Below are positions 10,038-23,162 of a stretch of DNA of 40,799 bases, in pieces. Source of the stretch: an uncultured bacterium (GTDB taxonomy: Bacteria > SAR324 > NAC60-12); contig CAXGMD010000022.1 in NCBI GenBank assembly GCA_964010765.1, forward strand, positions 1-40,799. Reading direction: 5' to 3'. The position numbers and the translations under genes were made by a program. The notes beneath the pieces were generated by a model that saw only the letters and a program-made list of their open reading frames with translations, was not told the DNA's origin and searched no databases. The stretch's first letter is position 1. Every line of letters begins with the position of its first letter.

Positions 10038-13000
10038 CTAAAGAGCAGTCTCCGAAACCTTTGGAGGTGTCTGAGCCATTTCGCCATCAACTTCGTATTC
10101 CATATTGCGGAACATGTTGTAGCCAGTACCCGCTGGGATCAATCGCCCAAGAATTACGTTCTCCTTGAGCCCACGGAAGAGGTCATGCTTCCCAGAGAGT
10201 GCCGCATCTGTCAGGACTTTGGTTGTCTCTTGGAAAGATGCCGCTGAAATGAAGGAATCCGTACTCAAGGACGCCTTGGTGATCCCTTGGAGGATCGGCT
10301 TGGAACGCGCAGGCGCTCGTCCTTCTTCCAACAACTTCTGATTCTGTTTGTTGAATTCATTCTTTGAGATGATTTCTCCAATCAGGAAGGTCGACTCACC
10401 TGGGTCTTCAACATAAACCTGACGCAGCATTTGGCGCACGATTACTTCAATGTGCTTGTCATTGATAGTAACCCCCTGCAGTCGGTAAACTTGTTGTACT
10501 TCGTTCACCAAGTAATTCTGCAGAGCCTTGGTTCCCTTGACCGCAAGAATATCGTGTGGGTTCGGTGAGCCATCGATCAATGGATCACCAGCACGCACAA
10601 ATTCGCCAACATGTACGGTGACGTGACGTCCTCGAGGAACCAGATACTCTTTCTCCTCGCCCTTGCTGTCTTCCGGACGAATGACCAGGCGCTGCTTTTT
10701 CTTCATGTCAGCACCGTATTCTACGATTCCATCAATCTCGCTGATGATCGCCTGATCCTTCGGGACTCGCGCTTCGAACAGTTCGGCAACTCGTGGTAGT
10801 CCTCCGGTGATGTCTTTGTTCTTCGCCAATTCACGAGGAATCTTGGCAAGAGTTTCTCCAGCATGGACTTCACGTCCATGCTCTACTGCCAATTCTGATT
10901 TGATGGGCAAGGAGAATTCTGCTTGTGTCTCGTTGTCTCTCATCACAGTGTTGCCATCAGCATCCATGATCAGAATTCTTGGACGTTTCTCGTGATTGGG
11001 TGATTCTTTAACCACCCGACGGGATAGGTTTGTCACTTCATCCACCTGCTCCCTGAAGGTCTCTCCTTCTTCCAGGTCAACAAATTTTACGAAGCCACTC
11101 ACATCCGTGATGATTGGAATCGAGAAGGGATCCCACTCAGCAATGGTATCACCTTGAGCTACCTCATCCCCAGCAGTTTTGCGCAGTTTTGCCCCTAGGG
11201 GCAAAGGGCGTCGCTCTTTTTCCCGACCATGCTGATCGACGATAACAGCTTCACCACGTCGCCCAAGGACGATCAGGTTGTTATCCCTGTCACGTACTTC
11301 CTTGAGATCCTCGAAACGAAGAATCCCGCTGAAGCGTGCATCCCAAGTGTTCTGCTCTGCTCGTCGGCTCGCAGTTCCACCAATGTGGAAAGTCCGCATT
11401 GTCAACTGTGTACCTGGCTCACCGATACTTTGAGCAGCAATTACACCAACAGATTCACCCATGTTGACCAAATGACCATGGGCCAAGTCACGTCCATAGC
11501 AAAGCTGACAAGCTCCGTGATCGGCAATACAGGTTAGAATTGAACGTACACGAACCTTTTCAATACCGGCCTCTTCGATCAGCATGACTTCAGCTTCCGT
11601 GAGTTCCTGTCCGGCTTCGACAATCACGTTGTTCTCATCCAGCGGATCAATCACGTCTTCTAGGGCTACACGACCAAGCACACGATCTCCGAGCCCTTCG
11701 ATGATCTCACCGGACTCAATCAAGGCCGTCATATCAATTCCATCCAACGTACCACAATCATGCTGGGTGATGACTGTATCCTGTGCCACGTCCACTAGTC
11801 GTCTGGTCAAATAACCTGAGTTCGCTGTCTTCAGGGCCGTATCTGCCAATCCTTTGCGGGCACCGTGGGTGGAGATGAAGTATTCCAAGACGTTCAGGCC
11901 TTCCCGGAAGTTTGCGAGGATCGGTGTCTCGATAATCTCACCCGAAGGCTTCGCCATCAATCCACGCATACCCGCTAGCTGTTTCATCTGCTGATTGCTA
12001 CCACGGGCTCCTGAATCTGCCATCATGAAAATGGAGTTGACCTTCTCGGTCTGATCCTCTGCGTCGACCATTCCTTTGGAGAGACCACCTAGCATCTTCT
12101 CAGCGATCTTTTCTGTCGTCTTGGCCCAGACGTCGATGACCTGATTGTAGCGTTCACCATCAGTGATCGCCCCTTCCTGATACTCAGTATTGATTCGGTT
12201 AATCTCCAATTGGGCACGGGAGAGCAAATCCTGCTTTTCCTCAGGAATCACCATGTCCATCATGCTGATTGAGAAACCGGCTCGGGTCGCAAAGCGATAG
12301 CCCAAGTTCTTCATTTCGTCCAACATACGCACAGTCTTGATGTTCCCAGCCGTGCGATATGCCGTGTCAATTAACTCGGCCATTTGCTTCTTCTTCAGTT
12401 GCCGATTGATCGCAGAATAGGGAACTTCTTCTGGCACAATCAATGAGAGGATGGCTCGTCCAACTGTTGTTTCTACCAAAGCCTCACCTGGATTCAGACG
12501 CACATGAATCTTGGCATGCAGATCGACTTTACCATGATCATAAGCTGTGACCACTTCCTGCCGATTTGAGAAAATCTTGTTCTCTCCCCGGACACCTTCT
12601 GTCTCAAGTGTAATCCAGTAGAGCCCAAGCACCATGTCCTGCGTTGGTGTCATCAATGGTTTGCCGTTTGAAGGAGAGAGGACATTGTTAGTGGACATCA
12701 TCAGGATTTTGGCTTCCAACTGTGCTTCCACAGAAAGTGGGACGTGTACCGCCATCTGGTCTCCGTCAAAGTCTGCGTTGAATGCCGTACAGACTAACGG
12801 GTGCAGTTGAATCGCCTTGCCTTCAATCAGTACTGGTTCGAAGGCCTGAATCCCCAAACGGTGGAGAGTAGGTGCACGGTTGAGCAGTACCGGATGCTCA
12901 CGGACTGCTTCTTCCAGAATGGCCCAAACTCGAGGGCTGTTCTCCTCAAGCTTCTTCTTGGCCATCTTGATCGTGTGAATTTCCTGATAGTCGATCAGCT

Positions 13001-14144
13001 TGTGGAAAATAAATGGTTTAAACAGCTCTCGCGCCATCACCTTGGGCAGGCCACACTGGTGTAGCTTCAAGGTCGGTCCTACGACAATTACGGTTCGGCC
13101 CGAGTAGTCAACACGCTTACCAAGCAGGTTCTGGCGGAAACGGCCCTGCTTGCCCTTGAGCATGTCACTCAAGGATTTCAATGGGCGCTTGTTGGAACCA
13201 ACCATCGGACGCCCTCGACGACCATTGTCAAAGAGCGCATCGACTGATTCCTGAAGCATCCGCTTCTCATTTTTGACGATAATGCTCGGTGCACGCAGTT
13301 CGATCAGACGCTTCAAGCGATTATTTCTATGAATCACTCGACGATAAAGATCGTTGAGGTCGCTTGTCGCAAACCGCCCACCTTCCAGTGGCACCAACGG
13401 TCGCAATTCTGGAGGAAGAACCGGCAGAGTATCAACGATCATCGCATCCACAGAGTTACCGGAATGCAGTAGCGAACTCACGATATTCAGCCGCTTGGCA
13501 ATGCGCTTGCGGCGTGTCTCCGAGTTTACGGAGCGGAGTTCCTCGCGCAGTTGATTGTCCAACTCCTCGAGATCCATTTCACGCATCAACATGCGTACAG
13601 ACTCTGCACCCATTCCCAGTTCCAACTCTGGGAATTTATCCTTCAGTTCAATCGCTTGTTCTTCTTCAACGATGCTTAATTTCTCGATCTCTGAACCACC
13701 CGGATCCATGACAATGTAAGCGTCAAAGTAGAGGACTCGCTCCAAGTCTCTTAGTGTCATTTCCAGCAAGGTGGCAATTCGACTGGGAACACCCTTGAGG
13801 AACCAGACGTGAGACACAGGAGTGGCCAGCTTGATGTGGCCCATGCGCTCCCGGCGAACCTTGGACTCGATCACCTCGACTCCACATTTTTCACAGGTAA
13901 TACCGCGGTGTTTCATCCGCTTGTACTTGCCGCAGATGCACTCGTAGTCGTGGATTGGACCGAAAATCTTGCCACAGAACAAACCATCACGCTCCGGCTT
14001 GAAGGTCCGGTAATTGATAGTCTCTGAGGTCTTCACTTCACCAAAGGACCAGGAAATAACATCTTCACTGGTCGCAATCTTGATGCGGACTGCGGAATAA
14101 TTTTTGGGATCTTCCGCGATTTCAAACATATTACCAAACGCCAT
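10038..14144 (-). CDS. rpoC: RNA polymerase beta' subunit
   Basis: [12 protein letters not shown] catalytic motif, N-terminal Zn finger, [13 protein letters not shown]. Confidence 0.99.
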   Translation of the reverse strand: MAFGNMFEIAEDPKNYSAVRIKIATSEDVISWSFGEVKTSETINYRTFKPERDGLFCGKIFGPIHDYECICGKYKRMKHRGITCEKCGVEVIESKVRRERMGHIKLATPVSHVWFLKGVPSRIATLLEMTLRDLERVLYFDAYIVMDPGGSEIEKLSIVEEEQAIELKDKFPELELGMGAESVRMLMREMDLEELDNQLREELRSVNSETRRKRIAKRLNIVSSLLHSGNSVDAMIVDTLPVLPPELRPLVPLEGGRFATSDLNDLYRRVIHRNNRLKRLIELRAPSIIVKNEKRMLQESVDALFDNGRRGRPMVGSNKRPLKSLSDMLKGKQGRFRQNLLGKRVDYSGRTVIVVGPTLKLHQCGLPKVMARELFKPFIFHKLIDYQEIHTIKMAKKKLEENSPRVWAILEEAVREHPVLLNRAPTLHRLGIQAFEPVLIEGKAIQLHPLVCTAFNADFDGDQMAVHVPLSVEAQLEAKILMMSTNNVLSPSNGKPLMTPTQDMVLGLYWITLETEGVRGENKIFSNRQEVVTAYDHGKVDLHAKIHVRLNPGEALVETTVGRAILSLIVPEEVPYSAINRQLKKKQMAELIDTAYRTAGNIKTVRMLDEMKNLGYRFATRAGFSISMMDMVIPEEKQDLLSRAQLEINRINTEYQEGAITDGERYNQVIDVWAKTTEKIAEKMLGGLSKGMVDAEDQTEKVNSIFMMADSGARGSNQQMKQLAGMRGLMAKPSGEIIETPILANFREGLNVLEYFISTHGARKGLADTALKTANSGYLTRRLVDVAQDTVITQHDCGTLDGIDMTALIESGEIIEGLGDRVLGRVALEDVIDPLDENNVIVEAGQELTEAEVMLIEEAGIEKVRVRSILTCIADHGACQLCYGRDLAHGHLVNMGESVGVIAAQSIGEPGTQLTMRTFHIGGTASRRAEQNTWDARFSGILRFEDLKEVRDRDNNLIVLGRRGEAVIVDQHGREKERRPLPLGAKLRKTAGDEVAQGDTIAEWDPFSIPIITDVSGFVKFVDLEEGETFREQVDEVTNLSRRVVKESPNHEKRPRILIMDADGNTVMRDNETQAEFSLPIKSELAVEHGREVHAGETLAKIPRELAKNKDITGGLPRVAELFEARVPKDQAIISEIDGIVEYGADMKKKQRLVIRPEDSKGEEKEYLVPRGRHVTVHVGEFVRAGDPLIDGSPNPHDILAVKGTKALQNYLVNEVQQVYRLQGVTINDKHIEVIVRQMLRQVYVEDPGESTFLIGEIISKNEFNKQNQKLLEEGRAPARSKPILQGITKASLSTDSFISAASFQETTKVLTDAALSGKHDLFRGLKENVILGRLIPAGTGYNMFRNMEYEVDGEMAQTPPKVSETAL

Positions 14145-14196
14145 TCTGCCTCCGGATGGGGGTTGGGATTACGATTACCGGATGAACCAGGTCGGC

Positions 14197-17100
14197 TCAG
14201 ATTTCTTCAGAGACAGTCGCCTTTTCACTGAGGCTGACTGATTCCGTATTCGCTTCTTCCTCGTCTGAGTCGACTTCTTGTAGTAATTCGATATTCAGAC
14301 AAAGACTCTTGAGTTCGCTAATGAGAACCTTGAAGGATTCAGGAAGCCCAGATTCAACCTGGTGACGTCCCTTGACAATCGCTTCGTAGATTTTATTCCG
14401 GCCATAGACGTCATCAGATTTGACCGTCAACAATTCCTGCAGAGTATGAGCTGCGCCATATGCTTCCAAGGCCCAGACCTCCATCTCACCAAAGCGCTGA
14501 CCTCCAAATTGTGCCTTACCACCCAGAGGTTGCTGAGTCACCAGTGAGTATGGACCAATTGAGCGAGCATGAATCTTCTCATCCACCAAGTGATGCAGCT
14601 TCATGATGTAGGCATAACCGACTGTTACCTTCTGGCTGAAACGCTCTCCAGTTAATCCATCATGGAGCCAGACTTGGCCAGAGTGATTTAACTCCGCCAA
14701 ATCAGCCATCCGATGAATATCATTCTCAGTCGCCCCATCAAACACAGGAGTTGACATGTGAACGCCTACTTTGTAGCGCTTCATGAACTCGAGAAAGTCA
14801 TCATCACTCATTGCACCCAAGTGCTCCTGAGCCACTTTGGACTCGTAGATTTGATTGATGAACTCACGTAGCTTCTTGACAGGTTGCTGCTTCTCAAGCA
14901 TTTCCTCGATTTTGCTACCCAATCCTGACGCCACACGCCCTAGGTGTGTCTCTAGGACCTGGCCAATGTTCATCCTGGATGGCACCCCAAGTGGGTTGAG
15001 TACGATATCCACTGAAGTTCCATCTTCCATGTAAGGCATGTTTTCGATGGGCTGCACCGTGGAGACCACACCCTTGTTTCCGTGACGGCCAGCCATCTTG
15101 TCACCGACCGAGAGCTTGCGCTTGGTGGCAATGTAGACCTTGACCATCCGAATCACACCCGGAGGCAGATCATCGCCCTTGGACAACTTTTCACAACGAT
15201 CCTCAAAGACGTTGTCCATCATTTCTTTCTGCTGCAACGCATTGTGGATCAGCGTCTGAACCTTGTTGTTGGTTGAGGCGTCTTCCATCTGCATCTCATC
15301 AATAGCTCCACGCATGAAGGGAACTTTCTCAATCGCTTCACGAGTGAGTTCTGTTCCTGCAGGAATCAAAACATCACCCTGCATATTGCGCAGATCTGCT
15401 CCCAGAGCTTGTCCGCTGGCAATTGAGCAGACGCGATCCAGCAGGTTCTTGCGGATGATGCGAACCTCATCCTGATGGTCCTTCTCGTAGCGGCGCAGCA
15501 TGTCTTTTTCAATCTGGCGCGTCCGCTCATCTCGTTCCACTCCTTCACGGTTGAAGACAATCACATCCGTGACAACGCCTTCCATACTCTGTGATACACG
15601 CAAGGAGGTATCTCGGACATCACCTGCCTTCTCGCCAAAAATCGCTCGCAGCAGTTTTTCTTCAGGATTGAGTTGGGTTTCTCCCTTCGGCGTGACCTTG
15701 CCAACCAGAATGTCTCCTGGACGAACGTAGGTACCGATTCGGATAATCCCACTCTCATCCAGGTTTCTCAGTGCCTCTTCGCTTACATTGGGGATATCAC
15801 GGGTGATCTCTTCCTTACCAAGTTTCGTATCACGAGCAACCGTATCGAGAACATCGATATGCACAGAAGTGTAGACATCTTCGTGCAGTAAACGCCGTGA
15901 GACTGTAATGGAATCCTCAAAGTTGTAGCCATTCCAAGGCATGAAAGCGATCCGGATGTTCTGTCCCAGCGCCAACTCACCATTTTCTGTGGAAGCTCCG
16001 TCAGCAATGATGTCACCAGCTTTCACATAATCACCCTTCTTGACGAGTGGACGCTGGTTGATGCAGGTGTTTTGGTTGCTACGTCGGTACTTGATCAGGT
16101 GATAGATGTCGACGTTGTTAGGCACAATGCTGTCGACACTGGACAGATCCACATCTGCCTGAATCACGATGCGAGAGGCATCGCTACTGTCAACAATACC
16201 AGTTCGTCTTGCGATGGTGCAGGTCCCTGAGTCCAGTGCTCCCTGATGCTCCATACCCGTTCCAACCAGCGGAGCCTGAGGCTTCACCAGTGGCACTCCC
16301 TGACGCTGCATGTTCGAACCCATCAAGGCTCGGTTAGCATCATCGTGCTCAAGGAATGGAATCAGCGAAGCTGCTACTGATACAAGTTGGATCGGCGATA
16401 CATCGATGTAGTCAATCTGGTCCTTGGGCACCATACTGAATTCACTCCCAACCCTGGCGGTAACAAAATCGTTGACCAAGCTACCTCCTTCATCAATCAC
16501 GGCATTTGCCTGGGCAATCTTGTAGCGATCTTCCTCAGTCGCTGAGAGGTATTCAATGCTATCAGTGATCTTGGCCTGCTCTACTTTGCGATAAGGAGTT
16601 TCCAGGAATCCGTAGGAATTAACCTGAGCATAGGTGGCTAAAGAGGCAATCAACCCGATATTTGGGCCTTCCGGTGTTTCGATCGGGCAGATCCGTCCGT
16701 AGTGGGAAGAGTGCACGTCACGCACGTCGAAACCAGCGCGCTCTCGGGTCAAACCACCTGGACCCAGTGCACTGAGTCGGCGCTTGTGTGTGATTTCCGA
16801 CAGAGGATTGGTTTGGTCCATGAACTGCGATAGCTGGCTGCTACCAAAGAACTCGTGAATGGCTCCAGCAACTGGCTTAGCGTTGACGATATCGTGCAAC
16901 ATCATCGTCTCGGCATCCTGCAGGGACATTCGCTCCTTGATCGTCCGCTCCATCCGGATCAGTCCAATCCTGAACTGGGTCTCCAGCAATTCTCCAACAC
17001 TGCGAACCCGACGATTACCGAGGTGGTCAATGTCATCAATGAAAGTACGGGCATTGCCTTCACGAAGCAGCAACAGATACTTCACTGATTCCAGAATGTC

Positions 17101-18423
17101 CCGGTGAGTCAAGACGACCTTATCTAGAGGCTCTTCTACTCCCAGTTTCTCATTGATTTTAAGTCGACCAACCTGAGACAGGCTGTAGCGGTCTTCACTG
17201 AAGAAGAAGTTCTGCAGCATATTTTGCGCTGCGTCCAGAGTCGGAGGGTCTCCTGGCTTCATCTTCTTATACAGTTCAATCAGTGACTGCTCTGGGGAGA
17301 TGGATCGATCCAGTTCCAAAGTATCTCGGAAGCTAGGGCCGGCTGTAGTTGGCGGTGAGATATAGAGCAGCGAAACCTGCTGGACGTTCTTCTCCAGAAG
17401 ACGCTTGATGAGTTCTCCGGTCACCATGCTGTTGCATTCAGCAATCTTCTGATCATCAGCATAGACATCACGAGCCAGGAATCGTCCACGAATCTCGTTG
17501 AAGTTTGTCTCTAATCGATTCACTCCTGCTTTCATCAACCGATTGAGGTTGCGGCGATGAATACGCTGGTTCGCTCGCACCAGAACTTCACCCGACTCAC
17601 TAAGAATGTCTTGTGTTGCTTTTTGGTCCAGTGTGACCTGCTCGTCAACCAGACGATAGAAGGTTTGTTCCTCAACCGGAGTTTCTAGGTTTTCACAGGC
17701 GCTGAGGTTCAAAGTCTCTGCGGGATAGAACAATTCTAGTAGCTGTTCGTCAGTGTAGCCCAGTGCTCGCAGTAGTACAGTTGCAGGGAACTTGCGACGA
17801 CGGTCGATGCGAGAATAGAGCAGATCCTTAGCATCAAATTCAAAGTCTAACCATGAGCCTCGCTGCGGAATCAAGCGAGCGTTGTAAAGCAACTTGCCAC
17901 TGGAGTGCCCTTTGCCTTTATCGTGTCCGAAGAAAACTCCTGGACTCTTGTGCATTTGGCTGACGATCACACGCTCTGTTCCGTTGATGATGAAGGATCC
18001 CGTCGGGGTCATCAGCGGAATTTCACCCAGGTAGATGTCTTGTTCCTTGATGTCTCTGATCTGCTTAACTTCCTCTTCACCTTCTTCTTTCTCCCAGACA
18101 ATCAGGCGCAAAGCCACCCGAATTGGACAGGCATAGGTCACACCCCGAACCCGACACTCCTCCACAGTGTGCTTGGGCTCGCCCAAGCGATACTGGACAT
18201 ATTCCAGTGTCGAAGAATTGCTGTAATCGGAAATCGGGAACACCGAGCGGAAGACCGCTTCGAGGCCACGCCGTTTGTCCCTTTGTTCAGGGGCAACATT
18301 GCGTTGTAGAAAACGCTCGAAGGAATCCAGTTGGATCTTCAGCAAATTTGGAATTTCAATGGGCGGACTAATCTGCCCAAAAGAACGCCGGATACGGTGT
18401 CGGTTGCTCAGCGTGACAGACAT
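14197..18423 (-). CDS. rpoB: RNA polymerase beta subunit
   Basis: [55 protein letters not shown]. Confidence 0.99.
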   Translation of the reverse strand: MSVTLSNRHRIRRSFGQISPPIEIPNLLKIQLDSFERFLQRNVAPEQRDKRRGLEAVFRSVFPISDYSNSSTLEYVQYRLGEPKHTVEECRVRGVTYACPIRVALRLIVWEKEEGEEEVKQIRDIKEQDIYLGEIPLMTPTGSFIINGTERVIVSQMHKSPGVFFGHDKGKGHSSGKLLYNARLIPQRGSWLDFEFDAKDLLYSRIDRRRKFPATVLLRALGYTDEQLLELFYPAETLNLSACENLETPVEEQTFYRLVDEQVTLDQKATQDILSESGEVLVRANQRIHRRNLNRLMKAGVNRLETNFNEIRGRFLARDVYADDQKIAECNSMVTGELIKRLLEKNVQQVSLLYISPPTTAGPSFRDTLELDRSISPEQSLIELYKKMKPGDPPTLDAAQNMLQNFFFSEDRYSLSQVGRLKINEKLGVEEPLDKVVLTHRDILESVKYLLLLREGNARTFIDDIDHLGNRRVRSVGELLETQFRIGLIRMERTIKERMSLQDAETMMLHDIVNAKPVAGAIHEFFGSSQLSQFMDQTNPLSEITHKRRLSALGPGGLTRERAGFDVRDVHSSHYGRICPIETPEGPNIGLIASLATYAQVNSYGFLETPYRKVEQAKITDSIEYLSATEEDRYKIAQANAVIDEGGSLVNDFVTARVGSEFSMVPKDQIDYIDVSPIQLVSVAASLIPFLEHDDANRALMGSNMQRQGVPLVKPQAPLVGTGMEHQGALDSGTCTIARRTGIVDSSDASRIVIQADVDLSSVDSIVPNNVDIYHLIKYRRSNQNTCINQRPLVKKGDYVKAGDIIADGASTENGELALGQNIRIAFMPWNGYNFEDSITVSRRLLHEDVYTSVHIDVLDTVARDTKLGKEEITRDIPNVSEEALRNLDESGIIRIGTYVRPGDILVGKVTPKGETQLNPEEKLLRAIFGEKAGDVRDTSLRVSQSMEGVVTDVIVFNREGVERDERTRQIEKDMLRRYEKDHQDEVRIIRKNLLDRVCSIASGQALGADLRNMQGDVLIPAGTELTREAIEKVPFMRGAIDEMQMEDASTNNKVQTLIHNALQQKEMMDNVFEDRCEKLSKGDDLPPGVIRMVKVYIATKRKLSVGDKMAGRHGNKGVVSTVQPIENMPYMEDGTSVDIVLNPLGVPSRMNIGQVLETHLGRVASGLGSKIEEMLEKQQPVKKLREFINQIYESKVAQEHLGAMSDDDFLEFMKRYKVGVHMSTPVFDGATENDIHRMADLAELNHSGQVWLHDGLTGERFSQKVTVGYAYIMKLHHLVDEKIHARSIGPYSLVTQQPLGGKAQFGGQRFGEMEVWALEAYGAAHTLQELLTVKSDDVYGRNKIYEAIVKGRHQVESGLPESFKVLISELKSLCLNIELLQEVDSDEEEANTESVSLSEKATVSEEI

Positions 18424-18438
18424 GAAGCTTTTCCTGGG

Positions 18439-18594
18439 TTAAAGAGTTGACTGAGTCACAGAGGTGGCTTCAGCAAAAGGAACGCAGGCCAGCAGAGTAG
18501 ATAGGTCGGTGCTGTATTTGGGAGAGACTATGCATGGGGTCCGGTGGAACAGAGGAGGCATTGAAGACAATTGGACACGGGCCGCGCTTTGCAC
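18439..18594 (-). CDS. Candidate 51-aa leader ORF upstream of rpoB
   Basis: SD AAGGAGGT (18601-18608) lies 6 nt before GTG at 18594; TAA at 18439-18441 is 15 nt before the rpoB ATG. No recognisable homology. Confidence 0.3.
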   Translation of the reverse strand: MQSAARVQLSSMPPLFHRTPCIVSPKYSTDLSTLLACVPFAEATSVTQSTL

Positions 18595-18707
18595 AGCTGG
18601 ACCTCCTTGTTGACGGGCGAACTGGTTGCAGAATGCAGGATGAGAAACCTGCAAGAACTGGTGGGGGGTAACGGTTTCTATTCCGTTCCGCTAGCAAGTA
18701 AACTTTT

Positions 18708-18737
18708 ATTTATCTTTGATTCTTTTCGAGAAGTCAA
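18708..18737 (-). promoter_or_regulatory. Candidate sigma70 promoter for rpoBC
   Basis: TTGACT, then 17-18 nt, then GATAAA/ATAAAT in an AT-rich patch right after the nuoL stop. Confidence 0.35.
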
Positions 18738-18746
18738 CTCTATTCT

Positions 18747-20642
18747 TCAAAGTTGAATCCACAGCAGCAGCAGAAAGGTACTGACCGTAAAGACGGTGGC
18801 GTAGTGTTGTACACTTCCGTTTTGCATTTGCTGGAACCAGTGTCCTCCAGTTCGTTGCAGCTTCACAACTCCCTGCAGTAGTCCTTCAATTGCGTAACGG
18901 TCGAAGGTCTTCCAAAGAACACTGCGAGAGATATGGTGAAACGGCCGAACAACCATAGTTGCATAGACTGCATCCGCATTCCAATTCTGCAGGGAAAAAC
19001 GCTCTGCACCCGCCAATAGAGAATCTGGATCAATGGCACGTGGCCAGCCGTTGCGATAACGTCGACTGGCAAGTCCCCAAGCGATGAGCGCCAGTACCAC
19101 CGACATCACCATCAGGCCCAATTCCTCAATCACGGAGCCATGCAATTCGATCTCTGCAAAGAATCCGTGGAAGTAGGCTTCCATACCGTTTGGCAGGAAG
19201 TGTAGCGCGTGTGGCACACCTAGAAAGCCACCAAACGCTGCCAAAACCGCTAGTACGATAAGCGGCAAGACCATACTCATCGGAGGTTCATGGATCGACT
19301 CTTCATGTGCTCCTCGGAAAGAGCCATGGAAAGTCAGGTAGATCATCCGGAACATGTAAAAGCTAGTCAAACCTGCGGTGAGAAAACCAAAGAGCCAGAG
19401 TACTGGACTTCCAAATGGGGAACTGTAGGCACTCCAGAGAATTTCATCTTTGCTAAAGAACCCTGAGAACAATGGAATGCCACTGATGGCCAAAGTACCA
19501 ATCAACATTGTTGCGTACGTCCAGGGTAACCTCTGGCGTAGCCCTCCCATCCGGCGCATATCCTGTTCGTGATGCAGTGCATGAATGACCGCACCAGCCC
19601 CCAGGAAAAGCAAAGCCTTGAAAAATGCATGGGTCAGCACATGGAAAATTCCCGCTCCGAACGCCCCAACTCCCATTGCCAGAAACATATAGCCGAGCTG
19701 ACTAACAGTTGAGTAGGCGAGCACCTTCTTGATGTCGGTCTGGGTCAGGGCAACCGTTGCTCCTAAGAAAGCTGTCACAGTCCCTAGAACGGCAATGATG
19801 GTGAGTGTGAAAGGTGCCAAGATGAACAGGAAACTCAGTTTGGCTACGAGGTACAATCCAGCTGTGACCATAGTGGCTGCGTGGATCAGGGCCGAAACGG
19901 GTGTTGGACCTTCCATCGCATCTGGCAACCAAACATAGAGAGGAACCTGAGCCGACTTACCCGTTGCTCCAAGGAAAAGCAGTAAGGTAATCAGGGTGAC
20001 GCTCAAACTACCTTCCCCCAAGGTTCCAGCCTGTGCATTAATTTCATCAAAGCGCAGAGTACCAAGATAGACAACGAGCATCATCACTGCTGAGAGCACC
20101 CCAAAGTCACCAACTCGATTGAAAAGGAAGGCTTTCTTTGCTGCTTCTCCGGCAGAGATCTTTTCGTGGTAGAAGCCAATCAGTAAATACGAGCACAGTC
20201 CAACACCCTCCCAGCCAACAAACATCAGCAGTAGGTTATCGGCTAAAACCAACACCAGCATGAAGAACACGAATAGATTCAAAAAGGCAAAAAATCGTCC
20301 GTAGTGCTCCTCATCCGCCATGTATCCAACGGAGTAGACATGGATCAGGAATCCAATCCCTGTGATGATCAGCAAGAACAAAGCTGTCAGAGGATCGACT
20401 TGAAAGCCTACCTCCAGTTGCAAATCACCAATGTGAATCCAACGCCAGAGCGTCTCTTGAACTGTTGCTGCGCTCCCACTCCACAGGGCAATGCAAGCCC
20501 AGACAGATTGACCCAATGCGGCTAGTACAGCCAGTGGTCCAACCAAGGTTGTGAAGGTTCGGCCCAGAGTACGACCCAGCAGCAGATTGAGAACAAAACC
20601 CAGCAGCGGGAAGAGAGGAATCAGCCAGAGTTGCGTTGCCAT
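18747..20642 (-). CDS. nuoL: NADH-quinone oxidoreductase subunit L
   Basis: GWEGVGLCSYLLIGF, GKSAQVPLYVWLPDAMEGPTPVSALIHAATMV, THAFFKALLFL. Confidence 0.97.
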   Translation of the reverse strand: MATQLWLIPLFPLLGFVLNLLLGRTLGRTFTTLVGPLAVLAALGQSVWACIALWSGSAATVQETLWRWIHIGDLQLEVGFQVDPLTALFLLIITGIGFLIHVYSVGYMADEEHYGRFFAFLNLFVFFMLVLVLADNLLLMFVGWEGVGLCSYLLIGFYHEKISAGEAAKKAFLFNRVGDFGVLSAVMMLVVYLGTLRFDEINAQAGTLGEGSLSVTLITLLLFLGATGKSAQVPLYVWLPDAMEGPTPVSALIHAATMVTAGLYLVAKLSFLFILAPFTLTIIAVLGTVTAFLGATVALTQTDIKKVLAYSTVSQLGYMFLAMGVGAFGAGIFHVLTHAFFKALLFLGAGAVIHALHHEQDMRRMGGLRQRLPWTYATMLIGTLAISGIPLFSGFFSKDEILWSAYSSPFGSPVLWLFGFLTAGLTSFYMFRMIYLTFHGSFRGAHEESIHEPPMSMVLPLIVLAVLAAFGGFLGVPHALHFLPNGMEAYFHGFFAEIELHGSVIEELGLMVMSVVLALIAWGLASRRYRNGWPRAIDPDSLLAGAERFSLQNWNADAVYATMVVRPFHHISRSVLWKTFDRYAIEGLLQGVVKLQRTGGHWFQQMQNGSVQHYATVFTVSTFLLLLWIQL

Positions 20643-20681
20643 GAGGCCTTGAAACAGAGAGAGGATTGCCTTGGTTGAACG

Positions 20682-20990
20682 CTACCAGCGCAACAGGTTG
20701 AATTCATCAATGTTGAGCGTTCTGCGTGAGCGGTAGAGAGATAGAATAATGGAGAGACCAACCACTGCTTCTGCAGCTGCAACAACGATGATAAAGAAGA
20801 TGAACATCACACCATTGAGTGAATTCATTGATTGGGCAAAGCCAACAAATGAGAGATTGACCGCATTCAGCATCAACTCAATGCTCATGAAGATCACGAT
20901 CGCATTACGCCGCAGCAAGACACCCAGCACTCCAATGGAGAAGAGCATTGAACTTAGGACCAGAATATGACCCAGAGGAATTTGCATCAT
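20682..20990 (-). CDS. nuoK: NADH-quinone oxidoreductase subunit K
   Basis: [30 protein letters not shown]. Confidence 0.97.
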   Translation of the reverse strand: MMQIPLGHILVLSSMLFSIGVLGVLLRRNAIVIFMSIELMLNAVNLSFVGFAQSMNSLNGVMFIFFIIVVAAAEAVVGLSIILSLYRSRRTLNIDEFNLLRW

Positions 20991-21502
20991 GAGGATGATC
21001 CGGGATAACGGCGCTTAGCAATCACAACGGCTCCGATCACCGCGACCAACAACAGTAAGGAAATTGCCTCGAAGGGCAGTAGGTATTCCGTAAAGAGCAG
21101 CTGCCCAATTAACTTGATCGAATCGGCTTCTTCACCAGAAGACACAATTTGTGGAACCAGAGCCTCTGGATCATGCTGACCGAGCACCAAGGCTAATTGA
21201 GCCCAGATGCCAAAGGCAATCACGACAGCCAACACCTTGCCGACAGACCAACGAATGAACGAGGGTCCTTCGTCCCGTAAACTTAACAACATCAATACGA
21301 AGAGGAATAAAACCATGATGGCACCGGCATAGACCAGCACCTGAATAACAGCTACAAACTCAGCCTGCATCATCACATACACTGCAGCCAGCGAAAAGAA
21401 GCTACCCACGAGGCTCATTGCACCGTGAATGGGGTTGCGCAGAAAAAGAACCCCAAGTGCTCCAAATACGCTCAGCAGGGCAAATAAGTAGAAGAGAATC
21501 AT
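20987..21502 (-). CDS. nuoJ: NADH-quinone oxidoreductase subunit J
   Basis: [39 protein letters not shown]. Confidence 0.96.
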   Translation of the reverse strand: MILFYLFALLSVFGALGVLFLRNPIHGAMSLVGSFFSLAAVYVMMQAEFVAVIQVLVYAGAIMVLFLFVLMLLSLRDEGPSFIRWSVGKVLAVVIAFGIWAQLALVLGQHDPEALVPQIVSSGEEADSIKLIGQLLFTEYLLPFEAISLLLLVAVIGAVVIAKRRYPGSSS

Positions 21503-21524
21503 ACTGATGGTTCAAGTTAGAGGA

Positions 21525-23156
21525 TCAAGCGGTTTGAGCCAGGGTGTCTGATTGCTGACGCAGATTTGCCAGAGAAATTCCACTCTCTCCTAATTTTTCC
21601 AAGGCCAAGTTCCCAAACAAATTGTGCTCAATAGATGTCATCTGTTGGAAAATCTGGCTGAATTGAGGGGTCTGCTGAACGGGCGTGGCTGTTCCCATGT
21701 GTAGCAGTTCGCTGAGAATTTGCCATTCAGGACGAACATGACGGGAAGGCCGCAAAGCTGGCCAGAAGCGCTGCCAGTGCTCCTGTTTATTCAGAAAGCT
21801 CCCTTCTTTTTCAGCATGATTTTGCCCGGGGAAGATTGCATCTGCTCGATCAGTCCACTCGCTTTGACGAGAAGCAATGTGAACCATCAACTCTGTTGTT
21901 CCGGCCAAATCCAGCAGTGGTTGCTCATTAATGAAGGGGTTGCCAAGGACCAATAGTAACTTGGCAGATTTCATTGCACTAATGACATCATGCTCTTGGG
22001 ATCCCTTGAGCCCTAGTAATCGAGCTCCAGCCTGATTAGGCGCCTTGTCCGTAGTGATCAGTGTTTCGATGAAAAATTCTGATTCTGGTTGAGTCCAGTC
22101 TTGCTGTGGATAAAAGACTTGATCAGAAGAGAAAACTTCTTGGAGCAAGCGGCGCAGCAAGAACATCTCTTCCAAGGTGGAGTCGGTATCAACTAAAGCG
22201 ACAACCTGCTCTCTATTTGGCTTCAAGGCTTCCAGTCGGTCGGCCACAGCATCGTAGAGTTGCTGCCATGTCACCTGTAGCAGCTTTCCTTTGACCCGTC
22301 CCATCGGTTTGGCAAGACGTTGCTCTCGTTCATTCATTTGCTGGTAGGTCAATCGGCCCTCATCACACATCCACCACTGGTTGACATCTTGATTCTCACG
22401 GGGCTTTAGACGAAGTACCTCGTTGCGATCATGTTCAATCGTGATGTTACAACCCGTGGAGCAACCAGTACAGACCGATGGAACTTTGCGTAGTTTCCAG
22501 GCTCTGCGCTTGAATCGAAACTCCTTCTCAGTGATTGCGCCCACTGGGCAGATGTCAGCCATGTTGCCCTGGAAGTGATTCGTCATCGCTCGGTCTGAGA
22601 ATGTATCCAGCGTTAGCTCATGTCCCCGATTGAACATTCCGAACTCGTCTGTTCCTGTGATCTCACGTGTGAAGCGGTCACAGCGGGAACAATGAATACA
22701 ACGATTGCGCTCCAGCTGAACAAAAGTACCAATGTCACGCCAGCCATAAACTCGCTTGTTGTATTCCATCTCGGAATGCCCGGTTCCATGGGCATAGGAG
22801 TGATCCTGCAGAGTACATTCCCCAGACTGGTCACAAATTGGGCAGTCTAGCGGATGGTTCACCAACAGGTACTCCATTACCAGTTCCCGACCTTCCTGAA
22901 CCTTGTCGTTCTGGGTGGAGACCCGCATGTTTGGCATGGCATCGGTCGAACAGGATGTCATCAGCTTAGGTGCTGGACGTCCGTTGCCAAGATCTGTCAC
23001 ATCGACTAGGCACATGCGGCAAGTGGCTACCACTGAGAGCGCAGGATGGTAACAGAAATGAGGAATTTCCAAGCCAGCTCGCAGCGCTGCCGAGAGAATC
23101 TTCTCACCCTTCTCAAAGGGAACCGGTTGATCATCAATATAAAAGACTTCCATCAC
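21525..23156 (-). CDS. nuoG: NADH-quinone oxidoreductase subunit G, short form (543 aa)
   Basis: IPHFCYHP..CRMC, HPLDCPICDQSGECTLQD, CIHCSRC..CPVGA, N7-type CTGCSTGC..CDEGR. Confidence 0.92.
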   Translation of the reverse strand: MMEVFYIDDQPVPFEKGEKILSAALRAGLEIPHFCYHPALSVVATCRMCLVDVTDLGNGRPAPKLMTSCSTDAMPNMRVSTQNDKVQEGRELVMEYLLVNHPLDCPICDQSGECTLQDHSYAHGTGHSEMEYNKRVYGWRDIGTFVQLERNRCIHCSRCDRFTREITGTDEFGMFNRGHELTLDTFSDRAMTNHFQGNMADICPVGAITEKEFRFKRRAWKLRKVPSVCTGCSTGCNITIEHDRNEVLRLKPRENQDVNQWWMCDEGRLTYQQMNEREQRLAKPMGRVKGKLLQVTWQQLYDAVADRLEALKPNREQVVALVDTDSTLEEMFLLRRLLQEVFSSDQVFYPQQDWTQPESEFFIETLITTDKAPNQAGARLLGLKGSQEHDVISAMKSAKLLLVLGNPFINEQPLLDLAGTTELMVHIASRQSEWTDRADAIFPGQNHAEKEGSFLNKQEHWQRFWPALRPSRHVRPEWQILSELLHMGTATPVQQTPQFSQIFQQMTSIEHNLFGNLALEKLGESGISLANLRQQSDTLAQTA

Positions 23157-23162
23157 TTTTTC

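Noticed and set aside
10038..18423. Inteins, frameshifts or rpoB-rpoC fusion
   Set aside because: Lengths (1408 and 1368 aa) and motif order look ordinary; the genes are separate with a 52-nt gap.
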